DNA of 64,000 nt, taken from Verrucomicrobiales bacterium. GTDB lineage: Bacteria > Verrucomicrobiota > Verrucomicrobiia > Verrucomicrobiales > DEV007. A model generated the notes under the pieces. That model ran no database searches. It was not told the origin of the DNA and saw nothing but the letters and a program-made list of their open reading frames with translations. Shown in pieces: positions 46,781 through 55,782 of the stretch; the stretch's first letter is position 1, and every line of letters begins with the position of its first letter. The stretch lies in contig PBSY01000018.1 in the NCBI GenBank assembly GCA_002726915.1, positions 10,391-74,390 on the forward strand, given 5' to 3'. A program made the translations under genes and the position numbers.

Positions 46781-49261
46781 ATGAGTGGCGAAACTAGTCA
46801 TAGTTCTTGGATCATCAGGGGTCTGAGAGAGAGCATACTAACCCTTGCTGTTAGTTTATGGGTCACTGCGGTAGTGGCCCAAGAAGATAGACCGGAGCGC
46901 GAGGACAACCAGCTAAGGCAGGCCCCATCTGTCTTGCAGAGCGACAGCGCTCCGATTGGCAATCGGGTGAATCTTCAATTCCCCCTCAATCCGGTAAATG
47001 ACATTCTGAACATTTACGAGCGTCTCATCGACAAGCCGCTGGTGAAGGACAGTTCGATTTTTGAAGGGCCACAAGTTAGCCTCGTTACACCTTCAGATGT
47101 GTCTCGAGATGAGGCTATCCAGCTCATTGAAGCTGCACTCCTCGTCAACGGCTATGTCATCATGAGCGAAGAGGACGGGGTTAGTGTTAAAGTGCTCCTC
47201 GGCGGAGGTCGTGGTGGTGGCCAGAGTCCTTCTTTCAGCGAAGGGGTCGTGATTTACACCGACCCGAATCTGTTGCCCGACGGAGAAAGTCTGGTCGGCT
47301 TCTTTATGGAATTGGAATTTGTGTCTCCGGAAGATGCAGCAACTATTTTTGGGAATCACATCGTCTTGAATGAGTTTGGCCGAATCACTCCAGTTCTCAA
47401 CCCCAGGGGTTTGCTCATCACTGAGACCTCACCGATCGTTCGCCAGTTGATTCGTTTGCGTTCCATCATTGATCATCCGGTTGAAGATGCTCCGTTGATT
47501 ACCGAATTTGTTCAGCTTGAGTATGCTGAAGCGAACATCGTGTCTCAAATCATTCAGGCAGCAATGGACGCCCGTATGGAAGAGCGGCAGCGTCAAGTTG
47601 AGTTGAGCGGTTCTGTCACTGGTCAGCCACAGCAGGGCGGCAACAATGGGCAGTCAAGATCTGGGCAGCAGCAACAGGGCAATGCACGCGGCGGAGACAG
47701 CGGCAACTTTAATGGGGTGGGAACTGCAGACCAACCAGCGGCTCAGCTGATTCCAGATGATCGATTGAACCGAATCATGGTGGTGGCGTCTCCTTCGGAT
47801 GCTGCCTACATCCTTCAGTTGATTAATGAGTTTGATCATCCCCTCGATAATCATAATCCAGTGGAGCGGAAGCTTCGCTACGTGAAGGCCAACGATATCC
47901 TCCCCGTCATTGTCGATATTCTTCAAGATACAGGCACGGGGCAAACTCAGCTTCCTGGCGGCCGCCAGATTCAGTCGCGACCCACACCGGTCACTTCCTC
48001 CCAGTTAGCGACGTTGACAGGAGCCAATCAGTCGCAGAACAGTCAAAACAGAAACGCTCAGGCTGGGGCAGCGGACGAGATCGGAGGTCGAGCGGATCAG
48101 ATTGCTTTTCCGATTGATGAAGTTGCTCCGATTTCTGTCCTCGTTGGGAAAACACGTATCATTGCCGACCGTCAGTCCAATTCTATTATCATTATCGGCA
48201 CTGGTGAAGCTGAGAAGATCGTTCTCGATATGATTGAGCGCCTCGATCGTAAGCCCGTGCAGGTCTATCTTGCAACGGTGATCGGTGAGCTGGTTATTGA
48301 TGATGATTTCGAGCTTGGAGTCGACTACATTCAGCGGTTCCGCCCTTGGGATGGAGGTGATCCGAGTCGTGGTGGTTTTACTGGCGGTCTCTTCAACAGC
48401 CGGACTGACGTGCTGCAGAGCAATAGCATTGCCGATCTTTCTACGATGGTCACGACAGCGCCGTTTGGGCCTAGTTCGGGTCTTAATCTTTACGGTCAGA
48501 TCGGGGATTCACTCGACGTGATCATTTCGGCTTTGGAGTCGACTAATAGATTTACAGTTCTTTCCCGGCCGGTCATTTATACCCAGAATGGAAAGCGTGC
48601 TGAGATTACCAGTGGTCAGGAAGTTCCGTTTGCAGACAGCGCGGTGACCGATACTAGTAATCCGAACTCGGTACGTTCTACGGTGGATTTTAAAGAAGTC
48701 GTGCTCAAACTCGAAGTGCTCCCAACGATTAACGAAAACAACGAAGTGACTCTGGATATTGTTCAGATCAATGACCGTGTCGTGGGTACTACTGTGATTG
48801 ACCAAAACGAAGTCCCAGTGGTCGGAAAACAGGAACTCAACACCACGGTTACTGTGGCAAATAGGTCTACCATTATTCTTGGTGGTTTGATTTCTGAGGA
48901 GGATGAAGAAAGCGAATCAGGAATTCCACTGCTTAAAGATATTCCTTTGCTTGGACAAGCTGTGAAGAAAACAAAGGTGGACACTCGGCGCAAAGAATTG
49001 ATGATTTTCATTCAACCTGTCGTTGTGAACGATGATCAACAGGTGCTTAGCGCAAGCTACGACGAAGATGTTCGCTCGAATGTTGGCGAAGCTGCCGCGG
49101 TTGAATTTCCTGAACCGGGAGTTCCCACGATTCAGCATCAGAATAGAATGATCGAGGGAACGGCCCGTTCTGGTGTCGAAGACAATCCGTTCAAAAAGTT
49201 TGGTCAGAAGCTCTTCGGGAAGAGAAAAGAGTCTCAAAAACTGCTTCCCCGCAATCCTTGA
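46781..49261 (+). CDS. secretin family outer-membrane channel (GspD/PilQ-like), orphan
   Basis: N0-like N-terminal domain and the C-terminal secretin signature GIPLLKDIPLLGQAVKK. Q/N/G-rich low-complexity linkers. ATG at 46781. Confidence 0.85.
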   Translation: MSGETSHSSWIIRGLRESILTLAVSLWVTAVVAQEDRPEREDNQLRQAPSVLQSDSAPIGNRVNLQFPLNPVNDILNIYERLIDKPLVKDSSIFEGPQVSLVTPSDVSRDEAIQLIEAALLVNGYVIMSEEDGVSVKVLLGGGRGGGQSPSFSEGVVIYTDPNLLPDGESLVGFFMELEFVSPEDAATIFGNHIVLNEFGRITPVLNPRGLLITETSPIVRQLIRLRSIIDHPVEDAPLITEFVQLEYAEANIVSQIIQAAMDARMEERQRQVELSGSVTGQPQQGGNNGQSRSGQQQQGNARGGDSGNFNGVGTADQPAAQLIPDDRLNRIMVVASPSDAAYILQLINEFDHPLDNHNPVERKLRYVKANDILPVIVDILQDTGTGQTQLPGGRQIQSRPTPVTSSQLATLTGANQSQNSQNRNAQAGAADEIGGRADQIAFPIDEVAPISVLVGKTRIIADRQSNSIIIIGTGEAEKIVLDMIERLDRKPVQVYLATVIGELVIDDDFELGVDYIQRFRPWDGGDPSRGGFTGGLFNSRTDVLQSNSIADLSTMVTTAPFGPSSGLNLYGQIGDSLDVIISALESTNRFTVLSRPVIYTQNGKRAEITSGQEVPFADSAVTDTSNPNSVRSTVDFKEVVLKLEVLPTINENNEVTLDIVQINDRVVGTTVIDQNEVPVVGKQELNTTVTVANRSTIILGGLISEEDEESESGIPLLKDIPLLGQAVKKTKVDTRRKELMIFIQPVVVNDDQQVLSASYDEDVRSNVGEAAAVEFPEPGVPTIQHQNRMIEGTARSGVEDNPFKKFGQKLFGKRKESQKLLPRNP

Positions 49262-49358
49262 CCAAGATCCAATCGGATTGAGTTGGGCGACTTAGTCCGT
49301 TCAGCCCTTCAGTGGTCAATTCTGGTTAGGACATTTGATCGTCTACTGGAGACGAAAT

Positions 49359-51281
49359 TCAGCGGGTAATTGATGTCTGCTCGGTTGGGGCAGGGAGGTG
49401 CTTGAGAGCTTTCTCAACGGCGTTTTCAACTGTGATGCCGTGCTTTCTTCGGAGGATGTCTACCTTCCCGTGCTCGACAAATTCGTCAGGCCAGCCAATA
49501 CGCTCTACCGGCGTGTTGATTCCGGCATCGTTGAGGTGTTCAATAATAGCAGCTCCGAAGCCGTTGTGGAGCACATGATCTTCAAACGTCAGAACCACAG
49601 GGCAAAGCTTCGCGAACTGTTCAATGCAGTCGGTATCAAGAGGTTTGATCCAGCGCGGATTAATCAAGGAAACGGAATACCCCTTCTCCTCAAGGCGATC
49701 TCTAGTTTCTTCGGCTAGTTCAAACATATTGCCCAAACCGAAGAGGGCTATGTCCTTACCTTTGCTGACTACTTCCGCTTTACCGATCTCGAGTAACTCA
49801 GGCTCGGCCTTAGGTTTGGCACCGGTGCCTGCTCCTCTCGGATAGCGGATCGCACATGGACCATCGTCGTAATTCGCCATGGTCCAAAGCATGTCAACAA
49901 ACTCGTTTTCGTCCTTCGCCTGCATGAAGATCCAGTTCGGGACGTGGCGCATGTATCCAATATCGAACAAACCGTGGTGAGTCGGGCCGTCATCGCCGCT
50001 CAATCCAGCACGGTCCATGCAGAGGCGTATCGGCAGGTTTTGGATGCCAATGTCGTGAACAGCCATGTCGTAGGCGCGCTGGAAGAAGGTGGAATAGATT
50101 GTCAGGAATGGCTTCAGTCCCTGGACAGCCTGCCCGCAGGCGAAGAGTGCGGCATGCTCCTCGGCAATGCCGACGTCATAATAGCGTTCCGGAACTATTT
50201 TTTGGAATTCAACCAAACCGGTTCCGTTGGGCATGGCTGCTGTTACTGCTACGATTTTCTTATCCTCTGCGGCATATTTCCCGATAGTCTGGCCGTACAG
50301 CTGCGAGTAGGTAGGATTGCCGGAGTTTGGCGTTTCACCGGTTTCGGATTTGTAGGGTCCGAGTCCGTGAAATTTCATCGGATTTGCTTTAGCGGGCTCG
50401 TAGCCCCGACCTTTTTCGGTAATAATGTGGAGAATTACCGGCTCTTCTTGCTCTTTAAGAAATTCAAACGTTTTCACGAGTAGGTCGAGATCATGCCCGT
50501 CGATTGGTCCATAGTAGCGCATCCCGAATTTCTCGAAGAGAACATTAGGGAAGAGCAAGTTCTTGGCGCTGCGCTCGACACGGTGGGCCATCGTTCGGAC
50601 TGACTTACCGGCGATCTTTTCCACAAACTCAGCAGCCTTATCATGAATATGAGAGTAGGTCGAGCTGGTCTGAAGTGCGTGAAAATACTTGGCAATGGCA
50701 CCTACGTTGCGGTCAATCGACCACTCATTGTCGTTCAATACGAGGATAAACTTCTTTGTAGTTTCGGCGATGTTATTGAGTGCTTCAAAGGTTGGGCCGC
50801 ATGTAAAAGCGGCATCTCCAGCGACAGCTACGACGTGCTCATCACTTTCCTTCAGATCACGAGCGGCAGCCATTCCCAGTGCGGCTGAAACAGCTGTGCC
50901 GGCGTGACCAGCTCCGTAGCAGTCGTGGTCACTCTCGGTGCGCAACATGAAGCCGTTGAGCCCTTCATACTGGCGAATGGTATGGATTTGGTCCCATCGA
51001 CCTGTCAGCATCTTATGGACATAGGCTTGATGGCTCACGTCGAAAACAAATTTGTCGTCAGGAGTGTTGAACACGCGATGCAGAGCGATGGAGAGTTCAA
51101 CAACACCAAGGTTGGGGCCAAGGTGGCCGCCGGTCTTTGAAAGTGAGTTGATCAGCGTCCGTCGAACGTTTTCAGCGAGCTTGGGAAGTTCTTCCAGTGG
51201 AAGTTTCTTCAAGTCGTCGCCGTTATCGACTTTGGGGAGATCCACCGTTGGGATCTCGGGAAATTCAAAAAAGTTCTCCAT
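49359..51281 (-). CDS. dxs: 1-deoxy-D-xylulose-5-phosphate synthase
   Basis: GGHLGPNLGVVELSIALH, SHQAYVHKMLTGR, and a GDAAF TPP motif. ATG at 51281 preferred over 51347. Confidence 0.93.
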   Translation of the reverse strand: MENFFEFPEIPTVDLPKVDNGDDLKKLPLEELPKLAENVRRTLINSLSKTGGHLGPNLGVVELSIALHRVFNTPDDKFVFDVSHQAYVHKMLTGRWDQIHTIRQYEGLNGFMLRTESDHDCYGAGHAGTAVSAALGMAAARDLKESDEHVVAVAGDAAFTCGPTFEALNNIAETTKKFILVLNDNEWSIDRNVGAIAKYFHALQTSSTYSHIHDKAAEFVEKIAGKSVRTMAHRVERSAKNLLFPNVLFEKFGMRYYGPIDGHDLDLLVKTFEFLKEQEEPVILHIITEKGRGYEPAKANPMKFHGLGPYKSETGETPNSGNPTYSQLYGQTIGKYAAEDKKIVAVTAAMPNGTGLVEFQKIVPERYYDVGIAEEHAALFACGQAVQGLKPFLTIYSTFFQRAYDMAVHDIGIQNLPIRLCMDRAGLSGDDGPTHHGLFDIGYMRHVPNWIFMQAKDENEFVDMLWTMANYDDGPCAIRYPRGAGTGAKPKAEPELLEIGKAEVVSKGKDIALFGLGNMFELAEETRDRLEEKGYSVSLINPRWIKPLDTDCIEQFAKLCPVVLTFEDHVLHNGFGAAIIEHLNDAGINTPVERIGWPDEFVEHGKVDILRRKHGITVENAVEKALKHLPAPTEQTSITR

Positions 51282-51591
51282 TCTCCTGAGATGCGTCAGA
51301 GTCGGGTTCTTCCCCGCTTTTTTCCGCGGAGGCACCATCGTCGGCAAAGGGTTCTAATACGTGTTCGTCGTTACGCTTCTTTCTAATGATTTCGATGCGT
51401 CCGCGAGCTTCATCGAGCCGCTTTTCGCAGACCCGGTAGAGTTGTGTTCCCTGCTCATAGTTTTTAATGAGATCTTCCAGAGGCATCTGATCAGATTCCA
51501 TGTCGCGCACCAACTCTTCTAGTTGGGCAAGGGCGTCCTCGAAGGCCGGTTCGGTCTTGGTGGCCGAATCTGAGTCTTTGGCTTTTGGCAT
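51265..51591 (-). CDS. xseB: exodeoxyribonuclease VII small subunit (with an acidic C-terminal extension)
   Basis: FEDALAQLEELVRDME...LEDLIKNYEQG pattern. ATG at 51591. Overlaps the dxs start by 17 nt. Confidence 0.85.
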   Translation of the reverse strand: MPKAKDSDSATKTEPAFEDALAQLEELVRDMESDQMPLEDLIKNYEQGTQLYRVCEKRLDEARGRIEIIRKKRNDEHVLEPFADDGASAEKSGEEPDSDASQENGELF

Positions 51592-51715
51592 CTTGATTTC
51601 GCGGGGAAACGGAAAATTACCGTATCCTATATCTCTTCCCTTGGAAGCAGCCGAGTTCAAGCCGTTTTCGGGCCTCGGGGCACCTTCATTTTAGGCTAAA
51701 ATAGGTAAAGCTCAC

Positions 51716-54445
51716 TTATTTCCCTCCGTTTTTGCCCAAAGACTTGATGTAGAGCAGGATTGAGTCGATTTCGTGATCCTTAAGCACTCCGAGATATGAT
51801 GGCATGCCAACGCCAGTTTTTTCTGCTTCGTAGCCGACGGCCACGCGTCTTCCGGGATCAAGAATGGATTCGCGGAGGTAGATTTCGTCAGCATTCTTTA
51901 TAAAGGACCCATCGGTAAATTCGCGCTTTGAGCCCCAGAGCCTTTTCCAGGAGGGGCCGACGGCGATTTCAGCTCCGGGTCCGCCCAGAGTGGTCGAAGG
52001 TGGAGAAGTATCGCTCTTGTCGGTCGCATGACAGGCAACGCAACCATAACGAATTGACACTTCCTTTCCGAGTGCAGCAGATGGTTCAATCATTTCTCCA
52101 GTGCTGGTTAGCGGAGAATTCCAGATCATATCCACCTCGTCATCGGCAAAGCCTTTTTTTGTGAGGTCTATCTCTGGAAGTTCCCACAAAGAAAAGTAAG
52201 CGCTTTCGACCGCGGTGTTGTCGGTGAAGGGAAGTCGATAAGTGACACGAAGGCTGTGACACGGTTTCATATCAAGGAGGCCAAGAAATAGCCGCTTTCC
52301 ATCTTTTGAGAGTTTAGCGCTGGTGACGGATACGGTTTCCTGCCCAGGTTCTCCGTCCAGTTTAAAATTACCGGAGCCATAGTTGTGAGTCTGCTGGTAG
52401 TTCCATCGATCAACAGAATAACGGGACTGATCTAAAGCCAGTTCGGGCGCGAGCGGTTGATTGAATTCGAGTAGAACGCCACGCCGAGATGCTCGCAACT
52501 GTGTGGGAATCCATGAGGTCCGCCCCGTGGGGCGAACTCTAAACAGGCCACTGATTCGATCCCCGGAACTCCCCCAGATTTCGAAACCGGTGAGGTAGAG
52601 GCGGCCGTCTTTGGGATGGATAGCTCCTTTGAGTAGACCGGATGGAAAACCCGAGAGAAGTGGGACGATGGCTCCCTGCCCACTTTCTTCGTTCAGGAAG
52701 ACTTTGAAGATTTCGGGCCGGTTGTAGCCGATGTGGATGAGCGAGCCGTTGAGTGGGCCCATGTTGGCGTTGCCCTTCATCCAGATCTGAGAAGCTCCGG
52801 ATTGATTGATGAAGTGGGGAATCCAAATTTCCGGTGGGGCAATTGGTTCCGGGTGAACGGCATTTTCTTTGAACTTCGCCGGCTGGAATCCGTAATACTT
52901 TTCCTGTTCGATGCGGTAGATGGGTGTGGCCGGTTTCCAGTGGCCCTGCTGATCGCTGGATGTCAGGGTACCGGTCTCCGGATCCAAGCCGATGTAGGGT
53001 TGCCGCAGCCCTGTGGCAATCACGTTGTAGGCTCGTCCGTCGGGTGAAATCTTGACTATCGTCCCGTTGAGCTTTCCGCGAGTGTTTCCAATTTGACCAC
53101 CCTTGGCGACGATAAATCCTCCGTCGGGCGCGGCTACCATGTCCATGGCAAACTCTCGAGTTTCGGCAGTCTGAGCAACGATGTTAGAGAAATTCTCGTA
53201 GAAATCAGCTTCACCGTTTCCATCTGTGTCGTGGAGGCGGGTGATACCGTTACGGTCTGAAACGTAGATTTTGTCGTCGACAATACAGACGGTTTTGGGC
53301 TCATGAAGACCGCTTGCAAATCGAGACCAAATCGCTGTTTTATGGCCTTCTTCGATGCTTTCCGCAATCCAGATATCGCCATCAAAGGTGCAGATTGCGG
53401 CGCGTCCGTCGTTAAAGAAATCGAGACCGGATAAGCGGACATTTCGTTTCCAGGGGTTGGGGACGGGGAGACCGATATCATCAAAGGTGAGCGTCCCATC
53501 CAAAGTGCCTCGCTCTATTTTACTTTCGATGGTCTGAGGCCAAAGGCGCGTCCCTGATGCGGATGCGGATGCGGATGCGGATGCGGATGCAGATGCAGAT
53601 GCAGATGCAGATGCAGATGCGGTCTCTTGGCTTGAGTAAATAATACCAACCAATTGAGGTGAGTTTGCTGGGGGTATGACTACAAATTCGCTGACTAAAT
53701 CTTGAAGAATACCTCCAATCTCAACGCGAGCGTCATGCCGACGATTCAGTCGCAGATAGATCGGATTACGGTGAGGTTTGATTGAAAGCGAACGGAGAAA
53801 TAGACCCCTTTCAGGGCGTGCCGTGAGGGTTTCTGAGATTTCAGTATTTAGAACTGAGTATTTTATGGTAACCCCGGGTCCATCCGATCCGTCTCTGGTG
53901 ATATGCAGACCGGAAAATCGTCCGATCGTTTCAGGTATGGGGCCCAACCCAACCTCTCCTTTATCTGATATTCCGCGTTCTCTAGGATCTTTGTTTAAAG
54001 CGGACTCATCAACTCCAACACCCGGAAGGGCAGGGGTGGATGTGAGAACTGTGCCAATCGGTTTAGGTAGGCTTTCCTGCCCGGACGGTGCTTTGCGATT
54101 CGGGAGCCGATAACTTCCCGGCCCCATACCGTCCATCTTTAGGTATTCGCCCTCTTCGTTCTCCCGCCAGATGAGTGACCAGCGCAGTAGGTCCGGGTCA
54201 AAACAGCCGTAGTAACCATGACCGATCTTTACGATGATACCACGCGGAGTGAGGTTGTCCGGTTCAGGATTCTCCCCGAATTCGCGAGCGTCGAGAGTCT
54301 GGCTAAAGAAAGGAAAGCCCTCTTCAACGAAACTCCCAAAGGGTGAATCGATATCAAGGTGGGCCTGATCCTGGGCCCTACCAAGGGAAATAAGGCCGAT
54401 CAGGGCCAAAAACAGGGGAGTTCGGGCGCTCATGCGATATTTCAA
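51716..54445 (-). CDS. PVC-type heme-binding protein: beta-propeller dehydrogenase-like domain plus C-terminal cytochrome c
   Basis: Signal peptide. DTDGNGEADF propeller-type segment. C-terminal CVACH heme site with a downstream MPSY Met. 909 aa. Confidence 0.85.
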   Translation of the reverse strand: MKYRMSARTPLFLALIGLISLGRAQDQAHLDIDSPFGSFVEEGFPFFSQTLDAREFGENPEPDNLTPRGIIVKIGHGYYGCFDPDLLRWSLIWRENEEGEYLKMDGMGPGSYRLPNRKAPSGQESLPKPIGTVLTSTPALPGVGVDESALNKDPRERGISDKGEVGLGPIPETIGRFSGLHITRDGSDGPGVTIKYSVLNTEISETLTARPERGLFLRSLSIKPHRNPIYLRLNRRHDARVEIGGILQDLVSEFVVIPPANSPQLVGIIYSSQETASASASASASASASASASASASGTRLWPQTIESKIERGTLDGTLTFDDIGLPVPNPWKRNVRLSGLDFFNDGRAAICTFDGDIWIAESIEEGHKTAIWSRFASGLHEPKTVCIVDDKIYVSDRNGITRLHDTDGNGEADFYENFSNIVAQTAETREFAMDMVAAPDGGFIVAKGGQIGNTRGKLNGTIVKISPDGRAYNVIATGLRQPYIGLDPETGTLTSSDQQGHWKPATPIYRIEQEKYYGFQPAKFKENAVHPEPIAPPEIWIPHFINQSGASQIWMKGNANMGPLNGSLIHIGYNRPEIFKVFLNEESGQGAIVPLLSGFPSGLLKGAIHPKDGRLYLTGFEIWGSSGDRISGLFRVRPTGRTSWIPTQLRASRRGVLLEFNQPLAPELALDQSRYSVDRWNYQQTHNYGSGNFKLDGEPGQETVSVTSAKLSKDGKRLFLGLLDMKPCHSLRVTYRLPFTDNTAVESAYFSLWELPEIDLTKKGFADDEVDMIWNSPLTSTGEMIEPSAALGKEVSIRYGCVACHATDKSDTSPPSTTLGGPGAEIAVGPSWKRLWGSKREFTDGSFIKNADEIYLRESILDPGRRVAVGYEAEKTGVGMPSYLGVLKDHEIDSILLYIKSLGKNGGK
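53556..53621. repeat. perfect hexanucleotide tandem repeat (GATGCG)5(GATGCA)5(GATGCG)1 encoding (Ala-Ser)11
   Basis: Read directly. Corresponds to the SASASA... stretch in the 909-aa protein. Confidence 0.95.
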
Positions 54446-54557
54446 GTTCGGTGATGAAATCTATCCAATCAATAGCGCGATCAAATTTGTGATCTGCGCT
54501 TTAATGTTTCTACACTTGAATAGAAAGGCGACCAGAGTATTCAATCAGGGTTAATCC

Positions 54558-55712
54558 ATGTTTCTAAGGCTTACGGTTTTCAGCGTGATGCTGAATCTTT
54601 TCCCGATACTTCACACCAAGGGTGCTGAAGGCCGTCGTGCCGACGATGTATTTAATTGGCCTCCTGCTTTTGAAGCGCTCTTTGGGAATCCAGTGATCAA
54701 GGAACGGAGGGGATTCTTTTTCAAAGAATCGGCGCTAGTATATGGAGCGGGTCGCTACAACGCCTACGATGGAATTATGAGAGTTACGCAGCCTTCCGGG
54801 GTGGTGGTGTGCTCCCGTGTGGCACTGTCAGTCGAGCGTGCGAATCAATTGGCGGCAGAAGCGTTGGCAGTCAGATTTTACCAGTTGGTGCTCCAAGCTA
54901 ATCGGCGGACGCGATACGAGGAACTTATGAATATGAGAGAGTTGATCCCAATGGAGAAGGATCGCTTTGTTGCTATCGCCTCGAAGCGACTAGTTGAACA
55001 GTCGACAGGTTCACTTGAAGAGGACGCATGGTGGAATGTAAGGATGGGAGTCACGGAGAGAGCGAGTAGTCGCTATCAGTTGGTCATTATCAACGTCCAC
55101 CACGACAAGGGTAACGGGAGAGTGAATCACGGACACTTCTGCTTTGGGTTGAGGGAGATTGGCGGCGATGCGGAACAGGATCTGGTTTTCGACTTTCGTG
55201 CGCCTTGGTATGCTGACCGTCGACCCAGGATGACTGAAGCGCTAAACCTCCACAACAAGCTCCGTCTGACGAGTAATACGCAGAATTTCTACGACTGGCT
55301 TTTCACTCAGACGGAATACAGGAACTGCTGGGTCAATTTGTGGTTTCTCCCGACGACGGAATCGCAGGTCACTCTCCTGCGCAGTTTTAATGAGCGAGGT
55401 ATACAGCATGCGGCAGGGAGCTTTCGTCCTTTCAGGAAAAACTGTGCGTCACTGGGCTTGCTGTTTTATGTCCGTCTCCAGTCCTTTACGGCTGATTCAC
55501 TGTTGAGGCGGGGACCATCGATTGATTTCCCTGTCGAAGTCGGAAATCGCGTGAAGGACTCGTATAGTGGACTGCCTTTTTTCCGGGTCAATAATATGAC
55601 GGTGGCGAGTGGTCGGAAGCCAACGGCTAAATCTGAGATTCATCAAGCGCAGCCGAGTCGTTCTTCTTCACGGGTTTTTCGTGAATTGCAGAAAGCACCG
55701 GGAGCTAACTAA
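54558..55712 (+). CDS. hypothetical secreted protein, possibly DUF4105/Lnb-like papain-fold domain
   Basis: Signal-like N-terminus. NHGHFCFGL followed about 110 aa later by FRKNCASLGLLF (His...NC arrangement). The family assignment is from memory of the signature and is not verified. Confidence 0.5.
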   Translation: MFLRLTVFSVMLNLFPILHTKGAEGRRADDVFNWPPAFEALFGNPVIKERRGFFFKESALVYGAGRYNAYDGIMRVTQPSGVVVCSRVALSVERANQLAAEALAVRFYQLVLQANRRTRYEELMNMRELIPMEKDRFVAIASKRLVEQSTGSLEEDAWWNVRMGVTERASSRYQLVIINVHHDKGNGRVNHGHFCFGLREIGGDAEQDLVFDFRAPWYADRRPRMTEALNLHNKLRLTSNTQNFYDWLFTQTEYRNCWVNLWFLPTTESQVTLLRSFNERGIQHAAGSFRPFRKNCASLGLLFYVRLQSFTADSLLRRGPSIDFPVEVGNRVKDSYSGLPFFRVNNMTVASGRKPTAKSEIHQAQPSRSSSRVFRELQKAPGAN

Positions 55713-55782
55713 CCGGCTATTTGGATGTCGCGCCGGTAATTTGGACCGGGTTCAAGCGTTAAAATCCGGTGAGATTTTATGA

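Noticed and set aside
51643-51652. GGAAGCAGCC, identical to the conserved SRP (4.5S) RNA domain IV motif, in the spacer upstream of xseB.
   Set aside because: The surrounding ~120 nt cannot be folded into the required long hairpin. There is no complementary 5'/3' arm and no GGAA tetraloop context. I treat it as a chance match.
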